A DNA stretch of 64,000 nucleotides from an uncultured Bacteroidota bacterium (GCA_963739105.1 CAVTZI010000045.1:31638-95637); one strand, 5' to 3'; positions 22,089 to 33,381 are shown, counted from the stretch's first letter. Notes: generated from the sequence alone by a model not told the origin. Made by a program: numbers and translations.

Positions 22089-23340
22089 ATGAAGCCACGA
22101 ATTATGACATTGATTATTTTCACGCTCTTCTTCCTGATCATCGACTACTATGTTTTTCAGGCGGTAGTCACCGTGAGTAAAAACTGGACACCTTTTTGGA
22201 AGAACTTTTCTCAATATGGATTTTGGGTTCCGACTGTACTGAGCATATTAGCATTGCTGTGGTGGACGTTTGGCGATCCCTACAAAGTCAGCGCAGGTTT
22301 TAGAAATTGGGTATTGACAGGCCTTGTTGCAGTTTATTTCTCAAAAATTTTTGCAGTAGCAATTTTATTTATCGAAGATATAGGTCGTGGGGTAAAATAC
22401 GTAGCTAGTCTATTTACCAAATCCTCAGGTGAAAACCTTCCTGGAGAAGCGATTACGCGTTCTGAATTTTTATCAAAGACTGCGTTGGTGGCAGCAGCGA
22501 TACCTTTTGGAACGATGGCGTATGGCGTTATTTCCGGGGCGCACGATTATCGGGTCAGAAGGCAGACGGTCAAGCTTCCGAATTTGCCCGCATCGTTCGA
22601 CGGCTTAAAGATCGCTCAACTTTCAGACATACACTCCGGGAGTTTTTTCAATAAAAAGGCCGTTAGGGGTGGGGTTGAAATGGTACTGGCCGAGAAACCC
22701 GATGTAATTTTCTTTACGGGTGATCTGGTCAATAATGAGGCCTCCGAAGTGATGGAGTATATCGATGTTTTTAATAAACTCAAAGCGCCTTTAGGCGTGT
22801 ACTCCATTACCGGCAATCACGATTACGGCGATTATCACCGATGGGCTAGCGCAGAGGCTAAGCAAAAGAATTTCAATGACCTTAAAGAAGCACATCGCCT
22901 GTTGGGATTTGATCTCTTGATGAATCAGCATCGCTTTTTGGAATCAGGGGGAGAAAAAATCGCAATCATCGGAATCGAGAATTGGGGAGGACGGGGATTT
23001 GCTAAATATGGAAAATTGGATGAGGCATACCGAGGCACGGAAGAGGCCAGCGTAAAACTTTTACTTTCACATGATCCGAGTCATTGGGATGCACAGGTAA
23101 GACCATTGTATCGGTGACATTGACTTGATGTTTGCTGGCCATACCCATGGATTTCAGTTCGGCGTTGAGCTGGGAAATTTTAAGTGGAGTCCCTCACAAT
23201 ATGCTTACAAGCAATGGGCGGGCTTATATCAGGAAGGCTCACAATATCTTTACGTCAACCGGGGATTTGGCTACCTGGGTTATCCTGGTAGAATAGGAAT
23301 GCCGCCGGAACTGACCATCATCGAATTAAAACGCGCCTGA
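22089..23340 (+). CDS. Membrane-anchored metallophosphoesterase (YkuE-like), copy 1
   Basis: QLSDIH, FTGDLVN, GNHDYG, LSHDP, AGHTHG; indel near 23115. Confidence 0.92.
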
Positions 23341-23374
23341 ACTTAATTGCTCCGCTAATGCTTATTTTTACGGG

Positions 23375-24650
23375 ATGAGTGGAGCCTTGTATCGTATTAA
23401 ATCAGCCCTGATTGCGCTGATTATTTTAGTGGTGATTGATATATACGCGTATCAGGCAATCCGAATAGCCACGTCCAGGTTCACCAAGATTCTCAAACAC
23501 ACAACGCGAGGCCTATATTGGAGTATCACTGCATTTACAGTGTTCATTTTCGTTTGGCTTAATACCATTGGTATTCCAAACGAAAAACTGAGGGAGTGGA
23601 TTCTTATTTCCCTGGGTATCGTATACTTTTCAAAACTATTTCTCATTGCGGTCTTGATTGTTGATGACCTGCGACGTGGTGTCCATCTTTCTAAAAGATT
23701 TTACAAAAGAAAACGTAATCCGCAAACGGAGGAAAATGTCGAACGAATTTCCCGCTCCGAATTTTTTGCTAAGGCTGCGCTGGTTTCCTGGGCCATACCG
23801 CTTACATCGCTTTCATTTGGAATTATCTACGGGGCCCATAACTTTCAGGTCAGACGCAGAACCATTTACCTTCCCACACCTTCCGAAGTCATTTGATGGC
23901 ATCTTGATCGGCCAGCTTTCAGATATTCATGCGGGATCACTTTTTAACAAAACTGCTATTCAGGGAGGTGTTGAAATGCTCATGCAGGAAAAGCCGGATA
24001 TTGTTTTTTTTACCGGCGATTTGGTAAATGGGCAAACGGAGGAAGTAGACGATTATATCAACGTATTCGATAAGATTAAAGCGCCTCACGGTGTCTATTC
24101 CGTGACGGGCAATCATGATTATGGTAACTACCGAGGCTGGCCTTCTGACGCTGCAAAAAGAAAAAATTTCGAGGATATGCTTGCCGCCCATCGACAGATG
24201 GGGTATGATTTACTAATGAATGAAAACAGAATCATTGAATTGCAAGGTGAGAAGTTAGCGATCCTTGGCGTGGAAAACTGGGGAATAGGCCCACCGTTAA
24301 GGTTCCCCAAATATGGAAAACTAAAGGATGCACACGCCAATACAGACGAAGCGGCTGTAAAAATTCTCCTGTCCCATGATCCGACGCACTGGGATGCGCA
24401 AATACGTCCGGAGTTTCCTGATATCGATATTACTTTTGCAGGGCATACACATGGATATCAACTTGGCGTAAGCATTGGAAATTTCAGCTGGAGCCCTGCG
24501 CAATATCGCTTTAAACAATGGGCCGGTCTTTACCAGGAAGGCAATCAATATATCTATGTTAATCGTGGCTTCGGATGCGTCGGTTATCCTGGGAGAATTG
24601 GAATGCCTCCGGAATTAACGATCATTGAATTAAAACGGGGTAATGCCTAA
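23375..24650 (+). CDS. Membrane-anchored metallophosphoesterase, copy 2
   Basis: Same motif set; indel near 23880. Confidence 0.9.
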
Positions 24651-24687
24651 CAATGTAGGGACGGATCATGATCCGTCCCTACATTGT
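24650..24687. repeat. Perfect 38-bp palindrome, GTAG-type REP-like
   Basis: acaatgtagggacggatca|tgatccgtccctacattgt between convergent genes. Confidence 0.8.
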
Positions 24688-26165
24688 CAACGGATCTCGA
24701 GAAGCATTTCCATTTCATCCTTCAATTTCTTGTATAGATTTTCATAGATGGCGAACGCCTTTTTATAAACAGCATGATTTTCCTTGTTGGGGGTATAGGT
24801 TGCGTCTTGCTTTGGTTTCAGATCTTGGTAATCCCGGATAAGATTGAGCGATTTGAAACCCAGGTACGCTGCTCCTACAGCGGACGCGTCTTCAGCATTA
24901 ATTAAACAGATTTTTTTATTAAAAATATCTGCCAGTATTTGAAGCCACTCCTCAGATTGTACAAACCCACCACTGACGTGCACTCGCTCAATTGACAGTC
25001 CTGTCGACTCCATGGAGGCTGCAATACTATACAGGGCCATAGAAATACCTTCTACAACGGCCCTGGTAAAATGGGCTTGCGTATGGAAATTCCGGATTCC
25101 AAAAAAAGCACCACTGGCTTCACTATCCCATATGGGAGCACGTTCGCCCAGTAAATACGGCATAAAAATCAGGCCATCTGCACCTGGCTTGATGCTTTTC
25201 ATTTCATCCAGAAACGCATCAAAGTCGGAGGAACTCAGTTTTTTTTGTAAAAATACTTCGATGTACCACTTCAGCACAACACCACCGTTGTTGATGGGAC
25301 CTCCGGAAATAAATAGATCTTTCGTTAAGATATAATTGAAAGTCATGGCCCTAAAATTTACAGTCGGCTTGGTGTTGGCAACGCGAATAGCGCCGCTTGT
25401 TCCGATTGTTAGTGCTGCAACGCCTGGTGTAACAGCAAAACTTCCCAGGTTGGCCATACAGCCATCGCTGGCACCGATAAAGAATGGAATTCCTTCGACT
25501 GCTTTTAGGTCATTGGATAGTCGTTCGCTGCGGCAATGATTCACCTCAACTGGCGTAGAAAGTTGTTGAGGTGTAATTCCGCAATACGTCAGCGCGCTCT
25601 CGTTCCAGGTCAACTTGCTGATATCAAACATCCCTGTGGCAGAGGCGATGGAATAGTCTACTTCGTACTCGCCAAAGAGTTTGAACCAAATAAATTCCTT
25701 TATGGAAATAAATTTGAAAGTTTTTTTAAACAGTGCTGATTGATTTTCGCCTAGCCATTTGATTTTGCACACAGGGGTCATCGCGTGAATAGGAGTGCCC
25801 GTTTCGCTGTAAATTTTTTCCCCTAATGGAGAGGCGTGTAAAGTTTTTGCAACGGTAGCGCTCCTGTTGTCAGCCCAGGTAATCATATTCATCAGCGGGT
25901 TTCCTTTCTCATCTACTGGAATAACGCTATGCATGGCGCTGCTCAGCACAACTCCCGCTGGCGTTGCTTTCAGATGGTCAACGAGACGCAAGACACATTT
26001 TATAAAAGCTTGCCATATTAGTTCTGGAGCCTGTTCACTGTAGGTGGGTTCCGGAGTGTAAGTGGGATAAGAGACTTGCGTGGCGTGTAGCGGTTCACCA
26101 GAAATTTTTACGGCAACTGCTTTGCAGCTTCCTGTGCCAATATCAATGCCGATGAAATAGTTCAT
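24687..26165 (-). CDS. gntK: Gluconokinase, FGGY family
   Basis: IGIDIGT, SSAMHS, TWADNR, TGTPIHAM, GASDGCMANLG, PYLLGERAP. Confidence 0.85.
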   Translation of the reverse strand: MNYFIGIDIGTGSCKAVAVKISGEPLHATQVSYPTYTPEPTYSEQAPELIWQAFIKCVLRLVDHLKATPAGVVLSSAMHSVIPVDEKGNPLMNMITWADNRSATVAKTLHASPLGEKIYSETGTPIHAMTPVCKIKWLGENQSALFKKTFKFISIKEFIWFKLFGEYEVDYSIASATGMFDISKLTWNESALTYCGITPQQLSTPVEVNHCRSERLSNDLKAVEGIPFFIGASDGCMANLGSFAVTPGVAALTIGTSGAIRVANTKPTVNFRAMTFNYILTKDLFISGGPINNGGVVLKWYIEVFLQKKLSSSDFDAFLDEMKSIKPGADGLIFMPYLLGERAPIWDSEASGAFFGIRNFHTQAHFTRAVVEGISMALYSIAASMESTGLSIERVHVSGGFVQSEEWLQILADIFNKKICLINAEDASAVGAAYLGFKSLNLIRDYQDLKPKQDATYTPNKENHAVYKKAFAIYENLYKKLKDEMEMLLEIR

Positions 26166-26202
26166 ACCTGAATTTTAAAGTGGCCGAAGATAGGAAGAAA
26201 AA

Positions 26203-26233
26203 CAAAAAAGGCACCTGAAAATTCAGGTGCCTC
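26203..26233 (-). terminator. Terminator of the DoxX gene
   Basis: aggcacctgaa-aa-ttcaggtgcct preceded by an A-run. Confidence 0.7.
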
Positions 26234-26256
26234 CCCGGTTTAGGTTAAAGATGGTG

Positions 26257-26709
26257 TTACAGATTAGCTGCCTCCATCTCTTTTCTGCGTTTAGCGTCTA
26301 TGGAATAACGACCAGCTCCAAAGACCATGAAGACTATCAAGCCAATCAAGACAACAATTGATGACCAAAGTTCCATGTGCTGTCCGATGGACAGAAAGCC
26401 TTTGGGCGCATTTACCATAAACACTGCTCCAATGAGAATTGGCAATTGAATACAGCAGACAATTCGGGTAAAAAGACCAAAGAATATCAGCGGACCTCCA
26501 AGGATATGCGCAAAGATTACGTAATGAGCAAGTGTCGTTCCCGCAAAATACGTGTTGATGCCAGCCGTGGTATTTTCAAGTTCTGGCATATGGGTAATAA
26601 AGTATAGCCCCTTATAAGTGATAAAGGCTCCCAGTGCAAAACGAAAAACATCAAGAAATCCAGGACGATGGCTATTACCCCACCGTTCCAGGTTGGTAAT
26701 TACACTCAT
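26257..26709 (-). CDS. DoxX family membrane protein
   Basis: GLFTR, GAGRYSID, four TM segments. Confidence 0.88.
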   Translation of the reverse strand: MSVITNLERWGNSHRPGFLDVFRFALGAFITYKGLYFITHMPELENTTAGINTYFAGTTLAHYVIFAHILGGPLIFFGLFTRIVCCIQLPILIGAVFMVNAPKGFLSIGQHMELWSSIVVLIGLIVFMVFGAGRYSIDAKRRKEMEAANL

Positions 26710-26759
26710 TGTTAAAAGTTTGTTGGTGTTACAAAGTTTACTAAACTATTCGCTCAGAA

Positions 26760-27123
26760 TCAAGGGTTATTTGAGTTATTCCAAACTCGGATTACCCAGT
26801 AAACCGGGAATGCAATTATGCCAAGGAAAATAAATAGGAGCACCCAAAGCAGTTGCTCGGCGGGTTGAAGTTTTTTATTGATGACGGCATGAACGATGTA
26901 AAAAATAAGCAACGCCAGGCTACAGAATGCCAGCATGCGCGATGGGAAAAATAAAAGCGAATACCTCAATCAGAATTTCCCTTGGCTCGGGTTCACCAAG
27001 TTCGCTGATTTTTATAATGTTCAATATCGCGTCAAATAATTGCCAAAAAATAAAAGGAAAAATGAAAAAAGGCAGGAAGGTGAAAATGCCAAGTAGAATC
27101 TTTTGCGTTTTACTTAATTCCAT
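26760..27123 (-). CDS. Small membrane protein, PLDc_N-like (one indel)
   Basis: Two ORFs join; ...LLWVLLFIFLGIIAFPVYW. Confidence 0.65.
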
Positions 27124-27227
27124 CGTCGACAGCGGTAGAGGAAATCTTCAAATAAATTCACGAATGCTAAAAAATGGGCAAAAAAAAACTGCTCTGGTCG
27201 AGCAGTTTAATTACAATATCGGATGGA

Positions 27228-27554
27228 TTAATATTCGTTATTGCTTCTGCGGTTAAAACCGCCACCGCCACCACCGCTTTTGTAGCCGCCACCTCCACTA
27301 CGAGGAGCGTCAGTGCGAGGTCTTGCTTCGTTAACCACCAGGGTCTTTCCCAGGAAATTGAAACCGTTTAAACTAGTGATAGCTTGACGGGCACTTGCGT
27401 CATCCGACATTTCGATAAATCCGAAACCGCGGCTGCGCTGTGTAACTTTGTCCATAACAATTTTGGCAGAAGATACTTCGCCATACTCTTCGAATAATCC
27501 CTTCAATTCCTGTTCGGATGCCTTAAAAGGGATATTGGCAACATAAATGTTCAT
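27228..27554 (-). CDS. RRM-domain RNA-binding protein with Gly-rich tail
   Basis: MNIYVANI, RNP1 RSRGFGFIEM, LVVNEARPR. Confidence 0.95.
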   Translation of the reverse strand: MNIYVANIPFKASEQELKGLFEEYGEVSSAKIVMDKVTQRSRGFGFIEMSDDASARQAITSLNGFNFLGKTLVVNEARPRTDAPRSGGGGYKSGGGGGGFNRRSNNEY

Positions 27555-27778
27555 TGGTAAATAAAGTAAATGAAAAATTAAATTAGCGCCAACTGACAAA
27601 CTTGGCTGCTACTACTACTCGTAAGCACGGGTGAGAGGGACAGTAAAGAATGACAATCAACAGTTAAAAGTAATAAGAAAATTTGACTAAATGCTAAAAG
27701 ATGTGCTTTAAGGCCTTTTTAGAGCCTTAAAGCCACATTTAGTCCACTATGGACAACCTTTGAGAGGGTCAAAAATGA

Positions 27779-28507
27779 TCAATACGCCCGCTCTATACTA
27801 CCAGCGCCGTAAACCTTTTTCTGGGCGGTTTTTGTATTTCCTTTGTGTTTTACCTGACCGGTACCCAATACCATGGCATCGATGTTATTGGTAACGTTAA
27901 GCTGGCAAAGTCCGGGGCCACTCACCTTAGCTTTTGCGGTCTCCAGCGCACAATTGTAACCATCGAGTGTTCCTGAACCGCTCACAACTGCATCCATGGA
28001 GGTAGCATAACCTTTTACAGTCATCACGCCGCTTCCGCTTAGTTCAGCTTTTACCGTGTTGCCTTTTAAGTCGACATCCATACTTCCGCCGCCAGCAACA
28101 CCTAATGTAATGTAGTCCGAAGCAATGGAATTCTCGGAGATGATCTTACCGTTGCCATTCACCTGCAGGTCATTTAAATTTTTTACGCTGACGTATATCT
28201 TCATCGTTGGATTAAGCTTGATATCATCTATTTTTTGCCAGATACTTTTGTTGGGACTTTCTGGTTTGCGATCAACATTAATCATCAGAATTCCATTTTC
28301 AACTTTGAACTCACTTACAGCAAATATTTCCGTTAATGCTTCTACGGTTACTTCCTGTTTGTTCGTTTGCTTTAGATAAACTGTATAATTAGAGTTCACG
28401 TAGATGCCTTTGAATTCAGGAAGTTCTAAAACTTTCTTGGTGGTTTGGGCTGAAACAATGCCGCTAGCACAAATCATCACAAGAAGGCATATTATATTCT
28501 TTTTCAT
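27779..28507 (-). CDS. GIN-domain (DUF2807) secreted protein
   Basis: Signal peptide and repeated xSGSG beta-helix motifs. Confidence 0.88.
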   Translation of the reverse strand: MKKNIICLLVMICASGIVSAQTTKKVLELPEFKGIYVNSNYTVYLKQTNKQEVTVEALTEIFAVSEFKVENGILMINVDRKPESPNKSIWQKIDDIKLNPTMKIYVSVKNLNDLQVNGNGKIISENSIASDYITLGVAGGGSMDVDLKGNTVKAELSGSGVMTVKGYATSMDAVVSGSGTLDGYNCALETAKAKVSGPGLCQLNVTNNIDAMVLGTGQVKHKGNTKTAQKKVYGAGSIERAY

Positions 28508-28693
28508 CTGCTTATAGTTTATAGTTTAATTGTTTTTGTATTGATTAAATGACTTAAACCGCTGTTGATAATTTGACCTGATTTCATGCTATCAAATAAC
28601 CGCAGGATATGCAAAAAATGAAACCAGCCCATCGAATAAAAGCGTAGTTAGTCGGCAATACACTGCTGGGAAGCTTATTATTTATGATAAATC

Positions 28694-28798
28694 TTACTTC
28701 TTACTTCTAAAGATGGCTTTGAAGATGAGGATAAATGCAATACCGCCCACACACATTAAGAGTAGAATTTCAGGGGTTATTTGGTTGAGTGCGTGCAT
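28694..28798 (-). CDS. Putative 34-aa single-pass membrane protein
   Basis: MHALNQITPEILLLMCVGGIAFILIFKAIFRSKK*; hydrophobic core, basic tail, co-oriented with neighbours. Confidence 0.5.
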   Translation of the reverse strand: MHALNQITPEILLLMCVGGIAFILIFKAIFRSKK

Positions 28799-28800
28799 GT

Positions 28801-28956
28801 CGTTAGCCGTTATCCGTTAATCGTTATCGTTATCCGTTAATCGTTAATCGTGTGGAAAGGTCTGCAGCAAAAGTACAATTTTGTTCATCAAAATGGTGTG
28901 GCGCGATGGCTCGGATAACGTAACGGATAACGGATAACTGATAACGATTAACGGAG
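28801..28956. repeat. Inverted heptamer-repeat element (unit CCGTTAT/TCGTTAA and reverse complement)
   Basis: cgttagccgttatccgttaatcgttatcgttatccgttaatcgttaatcg ... cggataacgtaacggataacggataactgataacgattaacgg. Confidence 0.9.
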
Positions 28957-31008
28957 CTAAAACTTAATCACCACCTGAGCCTTCACATCATCTTTGCAAT
29001 TTCCTTCAATACGATCAACACCATTTCCGATGAACTCCAAATTTTGATACCGGATGTGGGCGTAACGAAGCCACACGCTGATAGTTTTGTTCACTTTATA
29101 TTCTATAATCGCCATCTTTCGCACGCCAGAACCATTATAGGCCGGTATCGAATAGGCCAGCCAAACATCGTTTTCGTATGAATATTGTCTGTTGTCGTAA
29201 TCTTCTGTGTCAAATATCGCGTAACGCATGGTGAGTTTTAATTTGCCAACATCCAGAATCAAGTCCTGCAAGAGGGCAAAACCCTGGGTAACTTTTTTAT
29301 TGATCGTATAGGTACTCAGTTGCGCGCGACTCCTGAGTCGCAGCATGGCATGTGGCGAATAGTCCAAATTTATCCAGTAATTTTTTTTCTTACCGCGATC
29401 AAGCTTGTATTGATTTGACGAATTAGCCTCCACATTTCTGCTTTTCAATTCTTCCCGTGCCTGAATAAAGATCTTGACCTTACGCGATGGCTCATAATCA
29501 AATCGCAATAACCATTCGTAACCTGTCGAAGGTGCATAGCTCCTAAACCGAAGCCATGGAAACTTGAAGATATCCACGTATCCTGCCACACGGTACCTGC
29601 GATTGAACGTATACTTCCATCCCCAATAGATGCCTTTCTCGTTTTGCGTATTGGTGTTTTCTGCAAACCCGCTGGAATAAAAGGTATAAAAATTCCTACC
29701 ATAGCTTCGGTATAATAAGGATAAATCAAGCTTGGTTGAAAGGCCGGCCAGGATACCCGCACTGCCTCCAAAACCACCTGGCAGCGAACGCGCAATTTCA
29801 CCAAAGAAAGAAACATTTTGAACCGTGTAATTGAGGTACAGCCCAATGTTTCGATTTACCTTTCCCCGAAAATTAAATTGATTATAAGCAGAGGCCGTGG
29901 GATGGACAGTTGCATTGAAAACGGTTTGATTAAACATAATGCCCGCATTCAAACCGCTGTGATCGTACTGAATTATGGTACCCCAATTTTTTTCTCCAAT
30001 AATTTTTCGTTTCGCTAATTCATTTTCATTTCGATGAAAGCCTGTTGTCTGAAAAGCAGAAATTTTTTCCTCCTCATCATATGAGGTAAGTGTACCATCT
30101 TTCGTGACCTTGGAAAAAAAACCTGTAACCTGCAAGTGTTCTGTCGCTTTAACGGTAAATCCAATACCACGCATCGCTCCTCCTTCATAAGCAGAAGTGT
30201 AAGGCAGGAGCCCGATATTACTTCGCCTTATCGTTGTAATGGTTTCACCACCCTTACCCATTCCTAAGATACCTCCTAACATAAGGCCTTGGCCAAATTG
30301 AGTTTGATAGTCACCGAGAATCAGGTTTTTTAATTTGCCTTTGTTCTGAAGTTGCAGGTGGTATGAAAAATAATCAGCGCCGTAATATCGCGTAGAGGGA
30401 CTCCACAGTATTTTTTCGCCTGGATCTTTTTCAGCCGTAAATCCCATACTGAAATCGCCTGGCCTGCTCGACCGGAACCGCAGGCATAATTTGTCGGGTG
30501 ATCCCCTGAATTGTGAAATTTCCGGCCCTTTATGTTCAAAGCCACTCTTGGTTTGCAGGGTACGCTCATATCGCACTAAAAGATAATTGTCACCTTCTTT
30601 TTTTATTCGCTTTAAAAGTGAGGCATCAATCGTGTTGAGCTGGTCTCGAACAGTTACAAATGGAGCGACTTTATGAACGGTTGCTAAATCAAATTCTGGA
30701 ACGGCCTGTAATTCGTAAACGGAAATAAAGTTTCCATTTTCTCTTCGGTAGTTCAGTAGCTGATTGATTTGAGATTCTGAAAGAAGTTTGATGAAGCGAA
30801 GATCCTCCGCGGTTGCTTTATTTAAGTTCAGAGGACTCGTAATGAGTTGGAGCAGATTTTCATAGAGTTCGTCATAATTGACATCGGCGTCGGGCAGACC
30901 ATAAAGCTCGTCGGCCACCTGGCTAACATCAATTTCTTTCCGCGTAAATTCCTGGGCACAAACGCGTATAGCTGCGGCGATACAAAGGATGAATGGTAAG
31001 ATTCTCAT
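28957..31008 (-). CDS. Helix-hairpin-helix (ComEA-like) domain outer-membrane protein
   Basis: PLNLNKATAEDL...YRRENGNFISVYELQAV HhH; beta-strand-rich C-terminus ending in Phe. Confidence 0.85.
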   Translation of the reverse strand: MRILPFILCIAAAIRVCAQEFTRKEIDVSQVADELYGLPDADVNYDELYENLLQLITSPLNLNKATAEDLRFIKLLSESQINQLLNYRRENGNFISVYELQAVPEFDLATVHKVAPFVTVRDQLNTIDASLLKRIKKEGDNYLLVRYERTLQTKSGFEHKGPEISQFRGSPDKLCLRFRSSRPGDFSMGFTAEKDPGEKILWSPSTRYYGADYFSYHLQLQNKGKLKNLILGDYQTQFGQGLMLGGILGMGKGGETITTIRRSNIGLLPYTSAYEGGAMRGIGFTVKATEHLQVTGFFSKVTKDGTLTSYDEEEKISAFQTTGFHRNENELAKRKIIGEKNWGTIIQYDHSGLNAGIMFNQTVFNATVHPTASAYNQFNFRGKVNRNIGLYLNYTVQNVSFFGEIARSLPGGFGGSAGILAGLSTKLDLSLLYRSYGRNFYTFYSSGFAENTNTQNEKGIYWGWKYTFNRRYRVAGYVDIFKFPWLRFRSYAPSTGYEWLLRFDYEPSRKVKIFIQAREELKSRNVEANSSNQYKLDRGKKKNYWINLDYSPHAMLRLRSRAQLSTYTINKKVTQGFALLQDLILDVGKLKLTMRYAIFDTEDYDNRQYSYENDVWLAYSIPAYNGSGVRKMAIIEYKVNKTISVWLRYAHIRYQNLEFIGNGVDRIEGNCKDDVKAQVVIKF

Positions 31009-31829
31009 TTCCGCGCAACAAATAAATATCCCACGGTCGCCTGATGCCTTGATCCGAGCGAGAAATTATGTTGATAGGAATAATCCAACTTGAATTTTTT
31101 CGGACGAAATCCACATCCAAAAAAAGCTGCAGCAGGATTCACCTGAAAGCCAGTTCTGAATATAAACTTTTTATAGGGCTGGTATTCAACACCCGATTTC
31201 CATTTGACAGGATAGCTCAAGTCTTTTTCAAGCTCTGTGGTGATGAACGTTTGGGATGAGAGTTTGACAGCGCCGCCAACGATTAAAATGGTGGTAAGCT
31301 TTTCGTGTTCAAGGGTCGACAGGTTTGGTTGATTTAGATTTATAATGTGGGCTCCTACGGAAATTTTTTCCGTGATTTTGGCGATTCCGCCGAAGCTTAA
31401 GGTAAATACGCCTTTGGTTCCATAACCTTCAGCTTTGTACTGAATGTAATTAACTTTCAAGCCCAGCGATGCCAAACCAAATTCGTTGCTAAAACCTAAC
31501 ACGAGAATCTGTTCGCTGTATAGGCGATCGCCAAAACGAAATACGCCTGCGCCGGCCACACCAAAGTTTAATGGAAGAGCAATTACTGCTGCCATCCTAT
31601 TAAATGGCTTGAATGACGGCTGTGCATCGCAAGCAAAGGAAACTGTTGTGTTTTCAATTTTGGCGAGCCCGCCGATGTTGTTAAAGATTGACCACTCGTC
31701 GTCAAGACACGATGAAGAATAAGCCAATCCACCCGCACGACCTCCAATTAATGTAGAAGAGCTTTGGGCTGGTGAAGTTGACGCGCATAGCAATAGCATG
31801 CCAACGGCGAATATAATACTGGTACACAA
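31005..31829 (-). CDS. Putative outer-membrane beta-barrel protein
   Basis: Signal peptide, WSIFNNIGGL, alternating beta strands; overlaps the HhH gene start. Confidence 0.7.
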   Translation of the reverse strand: MCTSIIFAVGMLLLCASTSPAQSSSTLIGGRAGGLAYSSSCLDDEWSIFNNIGGLAKIENTTVSFACDAQPSFKPFNRMAAVIALPLNFGVAGAGVFRFGDRLYSEQILVLGFSNEFGLASLGLKVNYIQYKAEGYGTKGVFTLSFGGIAKITEKISVGAHIINLNQPNLSTLEHEKLTTILIVGGAVKLSSQTFITTELEKDLSYPVKWKSGVEYQPYKKFIFRTGFQVNPAAAFFGCGFRPKKFKLDYSYQHNFSLGSRHQATVGYLFVARK

Positions 31830-31923
31830 CGGTTGTTTTTTAAGACTATTTTAAATAAAGTAATTCGAAAGATTAAATCAAGAAACTGAAACAATTTTAA
31901 CCAGATAATCGATCGACTCTTGA

Positions 31924-33381
31924 TCAAAATTCTTTTCTGATATGAAAGAAAAATCCATTTTCGCCTTCACCGTTGAAGGTGTACTCAATCCGAAGGACCG
32001 TGTCATAGGAGGCCACAATATCAACACCGCCGCCTGCACTCGTCAACAATTTGTCGGCCAGACGATTGCTGATTTCATAGTTGGGATATGCTTTTACATA
32101 GGCGAGATCTGAGTACGTTTTTATGAAAATGGATAGCGGAATATGTCTGAATTGGGAAATCGGCATTCGGTTCCACCGATAAACTTTATGAAAAATTCGT
32201 TTCTTTAATGTCAGTTTATTCAAAGCGTAAGTTGTCCCCTCGACAACATAAATTTCATAACCTCGCGCAAATTGCTTCCTGTATCCCATAGCCCCATAGT
32301 TGGCATAGGGAACATCGTCCGGTGTACTGATGTAACCGATAATATTGTTGGATAGGTAGAAATTGTTTCGTAAGGTCAAGGAATATGGAATAAGATACGC
32401 TGGCTTCCCATTTATTTAAGTCATCTTTGGCGGCGATCCCGCTTTTGAAGCAAGCAATGTGAAATAATGTCCGCGCAGGGGATAGCCAACATAGTCACGA
32501 TGGTCAGAAATAAATTGGTACGTTATCATGCCATATCGCTGGGTAGTTTTATCATTACCGTAATAATTCGAATTTAATGATGGAATGGTGTCATTGATAT
32601 TGTTGCTTCTGTATTCAACTTTAAGCGCGTGGGATACGTAAAAGGAATTTCGGTATGTATAAGTGATGCCACCGCCCCGCGTTGTTCGCAAGATATCATC
32701 CGTCCTTAAGAAACTCAAGTCGATGATCAACAGTGCGAAAGGCCAGGTTTTTTGTTTCGGTAAAGTCGGCGTCTATAATAAGACCATGCTTTTGCTTTTT
32801 ATCGATATAAGGAAAGCGATAGGACAATTCAAATCGCCGTTGAAATCCGAATTGGGCAGTCAGTCTAAGGGTTTCATTTCGTCCGCGCATGTTAAATTGA
32901 TACAACCGTAAGTCCATAGTTGACCCGGCTGAGGTCGTGGTCATAAGTTTGCCACCATTCATTGAAATTACGGTCTGATAATTCAAAGATCGGAGAGGGA
33001 AATGTGTACCAACGTTCATTCAAGATCGATCAGCAAGTCGATATGACCTTCTTCCAACTCCAGTGGTCTTATCTCGACCGTATTGAATAGTCGGGTATTG
33101 ATTAGTTTTTTTTTGTCACGTTCCAGGATTAGCGGCAGGTCGAGGCTATTGATAACGTCACCCTGTCGGAGTGTAAGTTCTCGTAAAACTATTTGATCGC
33201 GTGTGATGCGGTTTCCAACTATGAAAACACGGTTGATATAAATAAGACGGCCTATCGAATCAGGCCTCGTGTAAATCGGTAGTTGAGTTACAATTTCGGG
33301 CAGGCCGATTTGTTCTTGCTGCGCAAAAAGATCAGAAGCAAGGATTGAGATTAGGACACATAAGATATTCGCACGCATCAT
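31924..33381 (-). CDS. POTRA/Omp85 (BamA/TamA-like) outer-membrane protein (indels)
   Basis: GNRITRDQIVLRELT POTRA, NMRGRNETL, ARGYEIYV, C-terminal Phe. Confidence 0.8.

Noticed and set aside
27555-27680. Long leader of the RRM gene as an ncRNA or thermosensor
   Set aside because: Plausible, but no structure or family motif could be supported by eye.
28801-28956. Heptamer arrays as CRISPR repeats
   Set aside because: Units are 7 bp and contiguous, there is no repeat-spacer alternation, and no cas genes are present.
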